Below are positions 36,227 through 48,441 of a stretch of 64,000 nucleotides of DNA, in pieces. How positions within the stretch are numbered: the first letter of the stretch is position 1; each line of letters opens with the position of its first letter. The notes below the pieces were generated by a model. The model worked only from the letters and a program-made list of their open reading frames with translations. It made no database searches and was not told the origin of the DNA. This stretch comes from Isosphaeraceae bacterium (GTDB lineage Bacteria; Planctomycetota; Planctomycetia; Isosphaerales; Isosphaeraceae). The stretch is from positions 62,001 through 126,000 of the forward strand of contig CBDAVP010000015.1 of assembly GCA_965201075.1 (NCBI GenBank). The letters are read 5' to 3'. The position numbers and the translations under genes are program-made.

Positions 36227-36384
36227 GACGAGGGTCCTTGCGGGGCATGGTGGCGGAAGGATGGCGGGTCCTTCCTGTTTTTCATTATAGGGTGAGGGCT
36301 GAGGTTCGCCCAGCCCGCCGAAATCGGGTGAGGGGTCATGCCCAGTTTCCTGGGAGGAATCGAGTGCTTCGACTTGGTTTGGGT

Positions 36385-36780
36385 TCATCGCAAGGCGTCG
36401 GGTAGGGCCTGGGGGCGGCCCTCTCGGTCGACGCAGGCCAGTGTGGTATTGCCTTCGGCGAGGAGGAGGCCGTCTCGGATGAGGCGGTATTCGTGGATGA
36501 TCTTGACGTGGGTGACTTTCGTGGCGGTGGTTTGGAGGGTCAGGAGATCGTCGAAGTGGGCCGGTCTTTTGTACTTGCAGCCGATGTCGATGATGACCAG
36601 CAGGTGGCCGGCGTCCTCGATGTCTCGGTAGGAGAGGCCGCGTTTGCGGAGGAGTTCGGTTCGGCCCATCTCGAAGTAGATGATGTAGTTGGCGTGGTGG
36701 AGCAGGCCCATCCGGTCGGTCTCGGCGTAGCGGACGCGGATATTGATCTCGTCGCTGTTAGGGCTAGGTTCGCCGTCCAT
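36385..36780 (-). CDS. YbgC/FadM-family acyl-CoA thioesterase
   Basis: RVRYAETDRMGLLHHANYIIYFEMGR. Confidence 0.92.
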   Translation of the reverse strand: MDGEPSPNSDEINIRVRYAETDRMGLLHHANYIIYFEMGRTELLRKRGLSYRDIEDAGHLLVIIDIGCKYKRPAHFDDLLTLQTTATKVTHVKIIHEYRLIRDGLLLAEGNTTLACVDREGRPQALPDALR

Positions 36781-36817
36781 TGGGGTCGTTTTTCCCTTTG
36801 CGGAACGATCGGGAGTT

Positions 36818-37486
36818 TCAGGCGGGGGGGCGGGTGGTGGTGACGACCAGGGGGAAAGGGTCCCAGGGCCAGCTTTCTCGGCTGGGGGTTCCGGGGTGAA
36901 AGTCCTCGTTGAGCCAGTGGCGGAAGTGGTTGGGGGTATGGGGTAGGTTTCGGGTGGTGAGGTAATCTCGGTACTGCTGGAGGTGGTGGGCCGTGACGAC
37001 TCCGTCGCCGATGGGGAGGTAGAGGTAGTGGAGGCGGAACTGAGATTCGGCCTGTTCGAGGGTTCCACCGGGTCGGAGCAGGACGAGGAAGGCCGAGACC
37101 AGGCCGGTTCGCTCGGAGCCCCATTGGCAGTGCAGGAGGAGGGGGCGGGGAGCTGTTTCCAGGACTTCGAGGAGCGCGCGGGCCTGGTCTCGGGACATCC
37201 ATTCGCAGGAGGAGAGGGCAATGTCGATGTGAGAGGCGCCGGCGTCGAGGGTGGCGGCTCGCTCGTCGGCGTGCCAGGGGGCGCGGGGGCTGGGGCCTCG
37301 GAGGTTCAGGACCGTTTTGATGTGGTGCTGCTGAACCCGTTGGGAGAGGGATTTCGCCGAGAGCTGGCCGGAGCGGAAGACCTGATTCGGCTCGACGATT
37401 CCGAAGTTGCCGTCGGTCAGTCTTGCGGCGAACCAGGCCGCGGGAGGCGCGGCGAGAACTGCGAGGGCCAGCAGGGCGAGGCGCAT
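36818..37486 (-). CDS. Cys-based (PTP/DSP-like) phosphatase, membrane-anchored
   Basis: RSGQ, VLNLRG and HCQWGSERTG (HCX5R). Hydrophobic N-terminus. Confidence 0.82.
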   Translation of the reverse strand: MRLALLALAVLAAPPAAWFAARLTDGNFGIVEPNQVFRSGQLSAKSLSQRVQQHHIKTVLNLRGPSPRAPWHADERAATLDAGASHIDIALSSCEWMSRDQARALLEVLETAPRPLLLHCQWGSERTGLVSAFLVLLRPGGTLEQAESQFRLHYLYLPIGDGVVTAHHLQQYRDYLTTRNLPHTPNHFRHWLNEDFHPGTPSRESWPWDPFPLVVTTTRPPA

Positions 37487-37521
37487 TCGGCGACGCCAGC
37501 GGGTGGGTTGCGGGCGGCAGA

Positions 37522-38154
37522 TTAGGGAGTGCGCTGGGTCAGGCGGCACGGAACGTCTCCGGGGCGGTCGGCCGGGGATTGGCGTTGGGCCTCTCGTTGG
37601 GCGAACGCCTGGATGACGGCTCGGTCCCTTTGGTCGGCGGGGGCTTCGGGGCGGGACCAGGGGAGCCTCGCGATGGCGGTCCAGGCGTTTTCGGCCGAGG
37701 CCCCTCGGTGGCGGATGAGCCAGGCGGCGTGGGCGAGACTGGTGCGATGGTGCCCGGCGACGCAATGGAAGAACAGGGGACGGCGGGCAGGGTCGTTGAG
37801 GAGGTCGGCGGCCTCGGCCATCTGGTCGAGGGTGGCGGTGGAGCCCCTCATAGGGATGAAGACCCAGTCGACCCCAGCTTGTTTGAGGATGGGGGCCTGG
37901 TTGAGGTATTTGGGGTCGTCGGGATTGATGGCCGTGAGGGTGACGACGGTGCGGATATGCTCTCGGGCGAGGATTCGGCGCAGGGGGGCGGGGGATTGCC
38001 AGGCTCCCCGGATGAGGCCGGGGGTGAGAGTGGCCACACGCGATTCCCATGGATTCGTCCAGGGGAGTCGCGTGACGAAGGCGACGAGGAGGGTCAGGAC
38101 GGCGAGGGAAGCCGCCAGGGTCGGGATTTTGGTTCGTTGGGGGAAAGGGCGCAA
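37522..38154 (-). CDS. Second Cys-based (PTP/DSP-like) phosphatase, membrane-anchored
   Basis: HCVAGHHRTS (HCX5R) and an N-terminal TM segment. TTG start inferred after AAAGG. Confidence 0.78.
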   Translation of the reverse strand: MRPFPQRTKIPTLAASLAVLTLLVAFVTRLPWTNPWESRVATLTPGLIRGAWQSPAPLRRILAREHIRTVVTLTAINPDDPKYLNQAPILKQAGVDWVFIPMRGSTATLDQMAEAADLLNDPARRPLFFHCVAGHHRTSLAHAAWLIRHRGASAENAWTAIARLPWSRPEAPADQRDRAVIQAFAQREAQRQSPADRPGDVPCRLTQRTP

Positions 38155-38198
38155 GGGCGAGCCTTTCGTCCGGGTTGGGCTGGTTTGAGGGTTGGCGG

Positions 38199-38226
38199 AT
38201 TGTAGCGGCGGGCTGGGGGCAGGCAA
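38199..38226 (-). promoter_or_regulatory. Putative sigma70 promoter for the phosphatase genes
   Basis: TTGCCT-16 nt-TACAAT on the minus strand. Confidence 0.45.
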
Positions 38227-38271
38227 GGTCAACCGGTCGGGGCGTTGTGGGGGGGGTGGTTGTCGGGGGAT

Positions 38272-38277
38272 TATAAT
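38272..38277 (+). promoter_or_regulatory. -10 box of the photolyase gene (leaderless geometry)
   Basis: Perfect TATAAT ending 7 nt before ATG 38285. No SD. Confidence 0.55.
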
Positions 38278-38284
38278 CGTCGTC

Positions 38285-39649
38285 ATGCAAATTATCTGGC
38301 ATCGGAGCGAGTTGCGGACTCATGACCAGCCGGCTCTGGCCGCGGCGTTGGCGGCCGCCGAGGAGGGGCCGGTGGTTCCTTTGGTTATTGTCGACCCGGT
38401 CATTTTCGCGCGGGCGACGACGACTCCTCGGCGACAGGCCTGGTTTCTGGAGAATGTGCGGGCGTTGCGGGAGTCGTATCGGGCACTGGGGTCGGATTTG
38501 GTTGTGCGGGAGGGGGTGCCTCACGAGATCTTTGGGGATTGGGTGAAGGAGCATGAGGTGGGAGGCGTTCACTTCGTCCGCAACCACACGCCTTATGCCA
38601 GGGAGCGGGATGCCCGGGTGACTGAGGTGCTGGAAAAGGCGGAGGTGCGGTGGACGGCTCATGATGGGCAATACACGCAACCTCCAGGAACGATTCGGAC
38701 GGGGTCGGATACTCCGTATGGGGTGTTTGGACCTTATTCGAGGAAGTGGTTGGCGGCGCCGAGGCCGAAGCTGGCGGCGACACCCCGGGCGTTGCCGGCG
38801 GTTCCCTCTCGGTTGACGAGGGGGACGATTCGGCGGGTGGAGAGTGATATCTCTTTGCCAGGGACGGGTGAGGGGGCGGCTCAGGAGATTTTGGCGACGT
38901 TCTTGAAGCGGGCCGAGGCGGCCTATGCGACGGCCCGGAACTTTCCGGCGAAGGTTCCGGGGACTTCCTTGCTGAGCATGTATTTTAACATTGGCGTGTT
39001 GAGTCCTCGGTTGGCGGTTTCTCGGGCGAAGAATCCCAAGTGGCGGTCGGAGCTCGCCTGGTGGGACTTCAATGCCGAGGTTCTGGACCGGCTACCCGAG
39101 GGGGCGACCGAGGAGTTCAAGGAGAGCTGGCGAGGGTTTCCCTGGCGACATTCCAATGTGGAGTCGGACCGTTGGGCGGAGGGCATGACGGGATATCCGA
39201 TGGTCGACGCCGGGATGCGGCAGTTGCGGCGGACAGGGTTCATGCACAACCGGGCTCGGATGGTGACAGCTTCGTTTTTGTGCAAGCATTTGCTCATCGA
39301 CTGGCGGATCGGCGAGGCAGTCTTTCGGGGGCTGTTGCTTTGTGGGGACTCGGCCCAGAACATTGGCAACTGGCAGTGGGTGGCGGGTTGCGGGTTCGAC
39401 CCTTCTCCTTACTTTCGGGTGTTCAACCCCGTGGCTCAGGGGGAGAAGTTTGATCCCAAGGGGGAGTATGTTCGACAGTGGGTGCCGGAACTGGCTCATC
39501 TGGAGGGGAAGGCGATCCATCGGCCGTGGGAGGCTGGAGTTTCGCCGAAGGATTATCCAGCGCCGATGATTGGGCTGGAGGAGGGGCGGGATCGGTTCCT
39601 GGAGGCGGCTCGGGGGTTCTTGAAGGATCGCAAGCCGACGAAGGGGTGA
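38285..39649 (+). CDS. phrB: Photolyase/cryptochrome family protein (class I/III CPD-like)
   Basis: WHRSELRTHDQPAL, GMTGYPMVDAGMRQL, GFMHNRARM, NWQW and YFRVFNP...FDPKGEYVRQWVPEL. Confidence 0.9.
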   Translation: MQIIWHRSELRTHDQPALAAALAAAEEGPVVPLVIVDPVIFARATTTPRRQAWFLENVRALRESYRALGSDLVVREGVPHEIFGDWVKEHEVGGVHFVRNHTPYARERDARVTEVLEKAEVRWTAHDGQYTQPPGTIRTGSDTPYGVFGPYSRKWLAAPRPKLAATPRALPAVPSRLTRGTIRRVESDISLPGTGEGAAQEILATFLKRAEAAYATARNFPAKVPGTSLLSMYFNIGVLSPRLAVSRAKNPKWRSELAWWDFNAEVLDRLPEGATEEFKESWRGFPWRHSNVESDRWAEGMTGYPMVDAGMRQLRRTGFMHNRARMVTASFLCKHLLIDWRIGEAVFRGLLLCGDSAQNIGNWQWVAGCGFDPSPYFRVFNPVAQGEKFDPKGEYVRQWVPELAHLEGKAIHRPWEAGVSPKDYPAPMIGLEEGRDRFLEAARGFLKDRKPTKG

Positions 39650-39655
39650 GGCGGG

Positions 39656-40591
39656 GTGAAGGTTTTTGTCACCGACCAGTTCCCGATCCCCCTGCCCTCC
39701 TGGCATACCTTCCCGGTCGCCAAATATGCTCGGCTGCGCGAGGTGGTGGCCGCTTCCGGAGTGGTTGCACCGGAGGATTTGATTACCCCGGCGGCCTTGA
39801 CGGAGGAAGAGATCCTCCGCGTTCATGAGTCGGGATATGTGCGTCGGGTGTTGACCGGCTCCTTGACGGCGAGCGAGGAGCGGGAGATTGGGTTGCCCTG
39901 GTCGACGGAGCTAGTGGAGCGGTCTCGGCGGTCAAGCGGCGGGACGTTGGCGGCTTGCCGGGCGGCCTTGCTGGATGGGGTCGCGGTGAACCTGGCGGGG
40001 GGGACGCATCATGCCCATGCCGGCAAGGGGGGCGGTTATTGCGTGTTCAATGATGCTGCCATTGCCGCGAGGGCCCTCCAGGCCGAGGGGCGTGTTCGGC
40101 GGTTGGTGGTTCTGGATTGCGATGTCCATCATGGCGATGGGACCGCCTCGATTTTCGCCGATGATCCATCGGTCTTCACGTTTTCGATTCATGGGGCGCG
40201 GAATTATCCGCTGCGTAAGCCCCCCGGGGATCTGGATGTCGCGTTGGACGATGGCACTGGCGATGAGAGGTATCTGGCGGCGCTGGATGAGGGATTGCGA
40301 CGGTCGATCTTGGCGGCTGATGCGCAACTGGCCATTTATCTGGCCGGGGCCGACCCGTTCGAGGGGGACCGGCTGGGGCGGATGGCGTTGACGAAAGCGG
40401 GGTTGGCTGAACGCGATCGACGGGTTTTCGCGGCTTGCCACACGGCGGGGCTGCCGGTGGCCGTCACGATGGGCGGGGGTTATGGTCGCGACCTGGAGGA
40501 GACCGTCGCCATTCATGCCCAAACCATTATCGAGGCGGCAAAGTGGGCGAGCCACCCGGGGCGATTGGGGAGAGTGGCCGATCGCCGCTGA
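39656..40591 (+). CDS. Histone deacetylase family protein
   Basis: GGTHHA, GYCVFND, LDCDVHHGDGT, AGAD and GGGY. Confidence 0.93.
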   Translation: MKVFVTDQFPIPLPSWHTFPVAKYARLREVVAASGVVAPEDLITPAALTEEEILRVHESGYVRRVLTGSLTASEEREIGLPWSTELVERSRRSSGGTLAACRAALLDGVAVNLAGGTHHAHAGKGGGYCVFNDAAIAARALQAEGRVRRLVVLDCDVHHGDGTASIFADDPSVFTFSIHGARNYPLRKPPGDLDVALDDGTGDERYLAALDEGLRRSILAADAQLAIYLAGADPFEGDRLGRMALTKAGLAERDRRVFAACHTAGLPVAVTMGGGYGRDLEETVAIHAQTIIEAAKWASHPGRLGRVADRR

Positions 40592-40611
40592 GCTGAGCCG
40601 GCCTTCGGGGG

Positions 40612-40644
40612 ACTGGGGGGCTGGAGTCGCCCCCCCCCTTTTTG
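40612..40644. terminator. Putative intrinsic terminator between convergent genes
   Basis: G-run/C-run hairpin (GGGGGGC...GCCCCCC) followed by TTTTT. Confidence 0.45.
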
Positions 40645-40653
40645 CCGGTTGGT

Positions 40654-41151
40654 TCAACGGAAACCGCCCAGACGGGGAACTCCGGGCATGAACCCGCCCT
40701 GAAGCCTGGGAACTCCGGGCATGGAGTAGCCGCCGTACCCACGGCCATAGGAGCTATAGCCCCGACTGTAGACGTTGCCGCCGAGGCCGTAGCCTGGGTA
40801 ACCGTAGGCGCCGTAGGTCCCCGAGCGGAAGCCGGGAACGCCGTAGACTCCGGTGTACGAACTGTAGCTATTGTAGCCGAGGCCGTTGTAGCCGAGGCCG
40901 TTGTAGCCGAGGCCCGAGCCGCTGTAGCCCAGGTTGTTGTAGCCGAGACCGCCGTAGCCAAGGCCGTAGCCGTTGTAGCCTCCGACACCGAGGCCACCGA
41001 TGCCGATCCCGGAATAACTCGGGACGCCGAACCCACCACCGGAAATGATCACCTGCGCGGAGGCCGGAGCCTGGATCGCCAGGTACGCGGCCAGGGCCAA
41101 GGCGGGGAGACATGCGGCCTTGGCCAACCGCCGACAGATCGCGGACATCAT
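40654..41151 (-). CDS. Secreted Gly/Tyr-rich low-complexity protein
   Basis: Signal peptide ending ASA-Q, GLGYN repeats and a duplicated MPGVPRL. Confidence 0.75.
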   Translation of the reverse strand: MMSAICRRLAKAACLPALALAAYLAIQAPASAQVIISGGGFGVPSYSGIGIGGLGVGGYNGYGLGYGGLGYNNLGYSGSGLGYNGLGYNGLGYNSYSSYTGVYGVPGFRSGTYGAYGYPGYGLGGNVYSRGYSSYGRGYGGYSMPGVPRLQGGFMPGVPRLGGFR

Positions 41152-41301
41152 GACGGTCCTTTCGAGGGCACTCAGGGGGACAAACGCGGGGCCCGTTCTG
41201 CTATCGTATGTCTCTTACCTGCAAAAAGCGTGGCGAAATTCCGGCCCTCGTCCACTTTCTGGGGAGGATTCCCGATTTCGGGCCGGGGGCGAGGCAATCG
41301 G

Positions 41302-41781
41302 ATGACTTCAGGGGAGGCCCGCCGAGGCCCCGTTGGATTTCGGGTGATCGGGGCATTCAAAACGGCCTGCGCGGCGCTGTTCGCACTGGCGGCGTTGGGG
41401 TTGTTGCGGCACCTCGACCAGGGGGCGGATGTCGTTTTGTTGCGGGTGGTGGCTTTGCTGAAACTTGACCCCGGGAACCATTACATTCACGAGTGGGTCT
41501 CCAAGGCTTCGGGTATCAGTTCGACCCAGTTGCGGTTGATCAAGTTTGGCACCTTCTTTTATGCGGCGCTTTACGCCGTGGAAGGGATTGGCCTGTTGAT
41601 CGGGGCGCGTTGGGCCAGTTATCTGACGGTGGTCGCGACTGGCTCACTCATTCCCCTGGAGATTTACGAGGTCGCCAAACGGGCTGGACCCTTCAAGGTT
41701 CTGGTGCTGGTAGTGAACGTCGCCATCACCGTGTACTTGATGATGGGGCTCTGGCGGGAACGTCGAGCGAGCCGGGCCTGA
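41302..41781 (+). CDS. DUF2127 family membrane protein
   Basis: IGAFK, YAVEGIGL...WASYLT and IPLEIYE. Confidence 0.8.
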   Translation: MTSGEARRGPVGFRVIGAFKTACAALFALAALGLLRHLDQGADVVLLRVVALLKLDPGNHYIHEWVSKASGISSTQLRLIKFGTFFYAALYAVEGIGLLIGARWASYLTVVATGSLIPLEIYEVAKRAGPFKVLVLVVNVAITVYLMMGLWRERRASRA

Positions 41782-41982
41782 TCCTCGGGCGAATCCCGTT
41801 TCGATATTGTTGGGTGGATCGGCGCCGCGTCGCGACCCTTGCCGAGCGGCCGGCGGGGGCCACGCGGACTGGCCAGCGCCCGCGGCTCGGGATCGCGCCT
41901 GGGGCCACCTCGGCCGGGCGTCGCGACCGGCCGATCCTCAGCGCGATCCGCTCGTGGCGATGGATGCCGCCCTGGGTCAGCG

Positions 41983-43146
41983 TCAGTGCGTGGAATTTTG
42001 GGCCGTTCGGGCCGTACCGCGTTTGAGGTCCAGGGGTGTCGGCCATGGGGAAGTCCGGCCGGGAGAGGAATGGAGCGGGCCTGGTGGCGGCTGGTCGCGG
42101 GCGGAGACGGGCCTAAGCGGGGCTGGGGAGGCCTCACGACGCGGCGTGTCGCGACGAGGGAAGTTCGGGGACGTCGGGCCCATTGGGTTGGGGTTTAGTT
42201 TTCCGACAAAATTCCAAAGGGCCGGCAGCGGAGTGGAGTGGGCGCGGGCGTGGGCTCGGCGGGGGGTTCGCTTGGGTTTCGGTTCGTTGCTGGGTTCGTT
42301 GACGGGGGGGACCGTGGCGGGGTCGACGTCGGGGGGGATGTAGGCAGGTTGCATGCTTCGGTCGACGTAGACAAGGTCGCCGTCGGGGTCCTTGCGGTAG
42401 CCGGGAGCGAGGTTGGCGGGGCGTCGGCCCGATTGGAACCGGCTGAGGAGCCATTCGAGCCGGCGGTTGATGCTGGTTTCCTGGCGACGGAGGGGGGTCA
42501 GGGCGGCGAGGATGGCGGGGCCGAGACCTCGGGCGGCGGCGGCGCGGGCTCGGCGGTCGAGGTCGGCGAGGGGTCCGTCGTGGAGCGATCGGAGGCGGGC
42601 GATTTCGGAACGGACCAGAACGAGCCGGTCGGCCGGGCTTTGGGGAAAGGCGTCGGGGGCTTCGGAGGAGAGACCCAGGAGTTGAAGGGCCTGGGATTTC
42701 TGGGTGGCGTCCCAGGGGGTTCCGGTGTCGAGGGGGGCTTGCAGTTTAGCCCATTGGTCCAGGAGCCAGGCGGCGCCGGCGTGGGTCGAGCGAAGCTGGT
42801 AGGCGATGGCGGCGGGGGATTTGGGTAATTTTTGGGCGAGTTGCTCGGTTTCCCTGCGGCGGTCGTCATCCCAGCTTTCGATGGCGCGGCGGGCGAGGGC
42901 GTCTCGGTGGACGGCCTCGTCGATCTGACAGCGTTCGAGACGCAGGGCCTGGAGGCAGACCTGTTCCAGGAGCCACATCTCGATGGCGTTGTTTGGTTTG
43001 AGGGAGGAGCACCACTGGTCGGCGCGGGTTTGGATGGCGGCGCGCTCCTCGTCGGGGAGCGGGAGGTCGTCGAAGGGGCCGAGGTTGGGGTCACCGGCGA
43101 CAACGAGTTCGTACTGGGCGATCAGTTGGCGAAGGGTGGCGGCCAT
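41983..43146 (-). CDS. Hypothetical helical protein (Isosphaeraceae-type multicopy family)
   Basis: W...LKP....E.WL.EQ......RLERC and WDDDRR...L...P......L..T..G..WL...W..L pattern. Pro-rich tail with NEP motifs. Confidence 0.65.
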   Translation of the reverse strand: MAATLRQLIAQYELVVAGDPNLGPFDDLPLPDEERAAIQTRADQWCSSLKPNNAIEMWLLEQVCLQALRLERCQIDEAVHRDALARRAIESWDDDRRRETEQLAQKLPKSPAAIAYQLRSTHAGAAWLLDQWAKLQAPLDTGTPWDATQKSQALQLLGLSSEAPDAFPQSPADRLVLVRSEIARLRSLHDGPLADLDRRARAAAARGLGPAILAALTPLRRQETSINRRLEWLLSRFQSGRRPANLAPGYRKDPDGDLVYVDRSMQPAYIPPDVDPATVPPVNEPSNEPKPKRTPRRAHARAHSTPLPALWNFVGKLNPNPMGPTSPNFPRRDTPRREASPAPLRPVSARDQPPPGPLHSSPGRTSPWPTPLDLKRGTARTAQNSTH

Positions 43147-44179
43147 GATTGAGTTTGGTTCAGGTTGAAGTTCTGGGTGTCGGGACAAGGATGAGAAAAT
43201 CGGGGCGTCTGGCTGGTCACTGGGGGATGACGAACGTCCGGGGGATAGGGTCCGCCCAATTTTGGAAATGGGGTCGGGCGATTTTTTCCTCCCCCATGCA
43301 GAATCGTGACCTTGATGGGCGTTCGCGCGGGGATTTTGGAACTTTTTTCGGATTTCCTGTTTCGGGCCTGTTTCGAGACGTTCGTCCGTCTTCCGGGTTT
43401 GACGGTCGAAGCGGGGGATGCTGGGCTTTTGGAGCGCGTTTCCTCCTGGCGACGTGGGGCAAGTGGATGCGGCATTCCGCAGAGAAACCTGAACCGGCAA
43501 GGGCGCGGGTTGGGCGAGTTTCGGCGGTCCCAGGTTTGGGTTTCGATCCGAGCCCTCTTCGGTGGAGGGAACTTTGCCGATTCGAGGACGGTACCGCCTG
43601 GAACCCAGGAGCAAGGCCGTTTCGTTCTCACTTTGGGTATATCGGAAGGATCTTCCTTTCGCCGCCCGATGTCCCTTTTCCGACGCCCACCGGTCCCCTT
43701 CCGCTCCGCGCTGCCCATCGGTCCCCTTCCGCTTCACGCCGCCCACCGGTCATCGGAATGGGGGAACAGGCACCGACGGAGTACCGACGGAGCCAGTCCC
43801 CGATTGCTATGCCAATGGAGAACCGAGCCCCTTCCGATCCGCGCTGCCCATCGGTCCCCTTCCGCTTCTGGCCGCCCACCGGTCTCTGGAATGGGGGAAC
43901 AGGTACCGGCGGAGTACCTGCGGAGCCAGTCCCCGATTGCTATGCCAATGGAGAACCGAGCCCCTTCCGATCCGGGCCGCCAGCGGTCCCCTTCCGCTTC
44001 ACGCCGCCCACCGGTCATCGGAATGGGGGAACAGGTACCGGCGGAGTACCGACGGAGCCAGTCCCCGATTGCTATGCCAATGGAGAACCGAGCCCCTTCC
44101 GATCCGCGCTGCCAGCGGTCCCCTTCCGCTTCACTCCGCCCACCGGTCATCGGAATGGGGGAACAGCGACTGTGTTTCG

Positions 44180-44185
44180 AGTCAA
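44180..44185 (-). promoter_or_regulatory. -35 box (TTGACT) of the IS110 circle-junction promoter
   Basis: Located in the right end. Sits 17 nt from TATGTT once the ends are joined. Confidence 0.8.
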
Positions 44186-44201
44186 GGGTCGGCGCCGGAA
44201 T

Positions 44202-45340
<1,139 letters not shown>

Positions 45341-45344
45341 TGGA

Positions 45345-45350
45345 AACATA
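45345..45350 (-). promoter_or_regulatory. -10 box (TATGTT) of the IS110 circle-junction promoter
   Basis: Located in the left end, 2 nt inside the CT core. Confidence 0.75.
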
Positions 45351-46007
45351 CAAGGCACCGACGGAGTACCGACGGAGCCAGTCCCCGATTGCAATGCCAA
45401 TGGAGAACCGAGCCCCTTCCGCTCCGGGCCGCCAGCGGTCCCCTTCCGCTTCACTCCGCCCACCGGTCTCTGGAATGGGGGAACAGGCACCGGCGGAGTA
45501 CCGGCGGAGCCAGTCCCCGATTGCTATGCCAATGGAGAACCGAGCCCCTTCCGCTCCGCGCTGCCCATCGGTCCCCTTCCGCTTCACGCCGCCCACCGGT
45601 CATCGGAATGGGGGAACAGGCACCGACGGAGTACCGACGGAGCCAGTCCCCGATTGCTATGACAATGGTGAAACTGCTCCGTTCCGATCCGGGCCGCCAG
45701 CGGTCCCCTTCCGCTTCTGGCCGCCCACCGGTCATCGGAATGGGGGAGAAGCGCCGGTGAGGGACTGCCAGAGCCAGCCCCTTTTGGTGACGCCAATGGA
45801 GACGGGAACGGCTCTGAACCCAGGAGCCGATTGGGTGGTCGCGATCTTGACGATCGGCTACGATGGTCGATCCGACGCCGCGTTGGCCCCGAAGGTCGGG
45901 GCGTGTCGGCCGTTGGATTTCTCTTTTCCGGGTGTGGTTCCTGTTCCTCCGAGCGCCCAGGCCGGAGGATGCGGGGGCGGCGAGCCCGGTGGAACGAACC
46001 TTTCTCC

Positions 46008-47951
<1,944 letters not shown>

Positions 47952-47979
47952 CACTCGGCCCTCCCGGCTCAAACCTTCC

Positions 47980-48020
47980 AACCCTCCGCACCCTTGCCAA
48001 CGGTGCGGAGGGTTTTTTTT
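47980..48020 (+). terminator. Rho-independent terminator of rpsA
   Basis: ACCCTCCGCACC-loop-GGTGCGGAGGGT followed by a T-run. Confidence 0.92.
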
Positions 48021-48441
48021 GCGCAGTCCGCATCGTCCTTAGAACTCGCATGTCCGTCAAATTGCCAAAACTCTCCAAATCCTCAATCCCACCTAATCTC
48101 GCCAGCGTTCCTCTCCGATAAGTAGGTGGAGTGAGGGTCAGGCTGAGATTCAGGACGCTGGGGAAGCGATCTTGTGCCCATTGGGCGGGTCGCTGATTGG
48201 ACTGGACTGGAATGGTCCTCCCAGGTGGTCCGACGGCTTATTGATCCCGAGTTCACCTGAATTTGACCTTGGCCGTGAAGGACTGGGTGGGTTTGCCCCC
48301 CAACCTTCTGGGATCGTTCCCCAGACCGAGACGCGGGACGTTCGCCTCGCCTGTTTGTCGAGTGCCCTTCTCCAGTCCACCCGCCGGCGCGGACCCTCCC
48401 AGGCATCGCCAGCCGGACCGACCGACCCGAAGAGGATCCTC

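Noticed and set aside
36818..38680. Single 620-aa ORF or fusion of the two phosphatases
   Set aside because: The upstream part is an out-of-frame shadow of the second phosphatase and of the photolyase antisense. The two HCX5R domains are in different frames with separate hydrophobic N-termini.
40870..40985. 15-bp repeats as a non-coding array
   Set aside because: They are in-frame GLGYN repeats of the Gly/Tyr-rich secreted protein.
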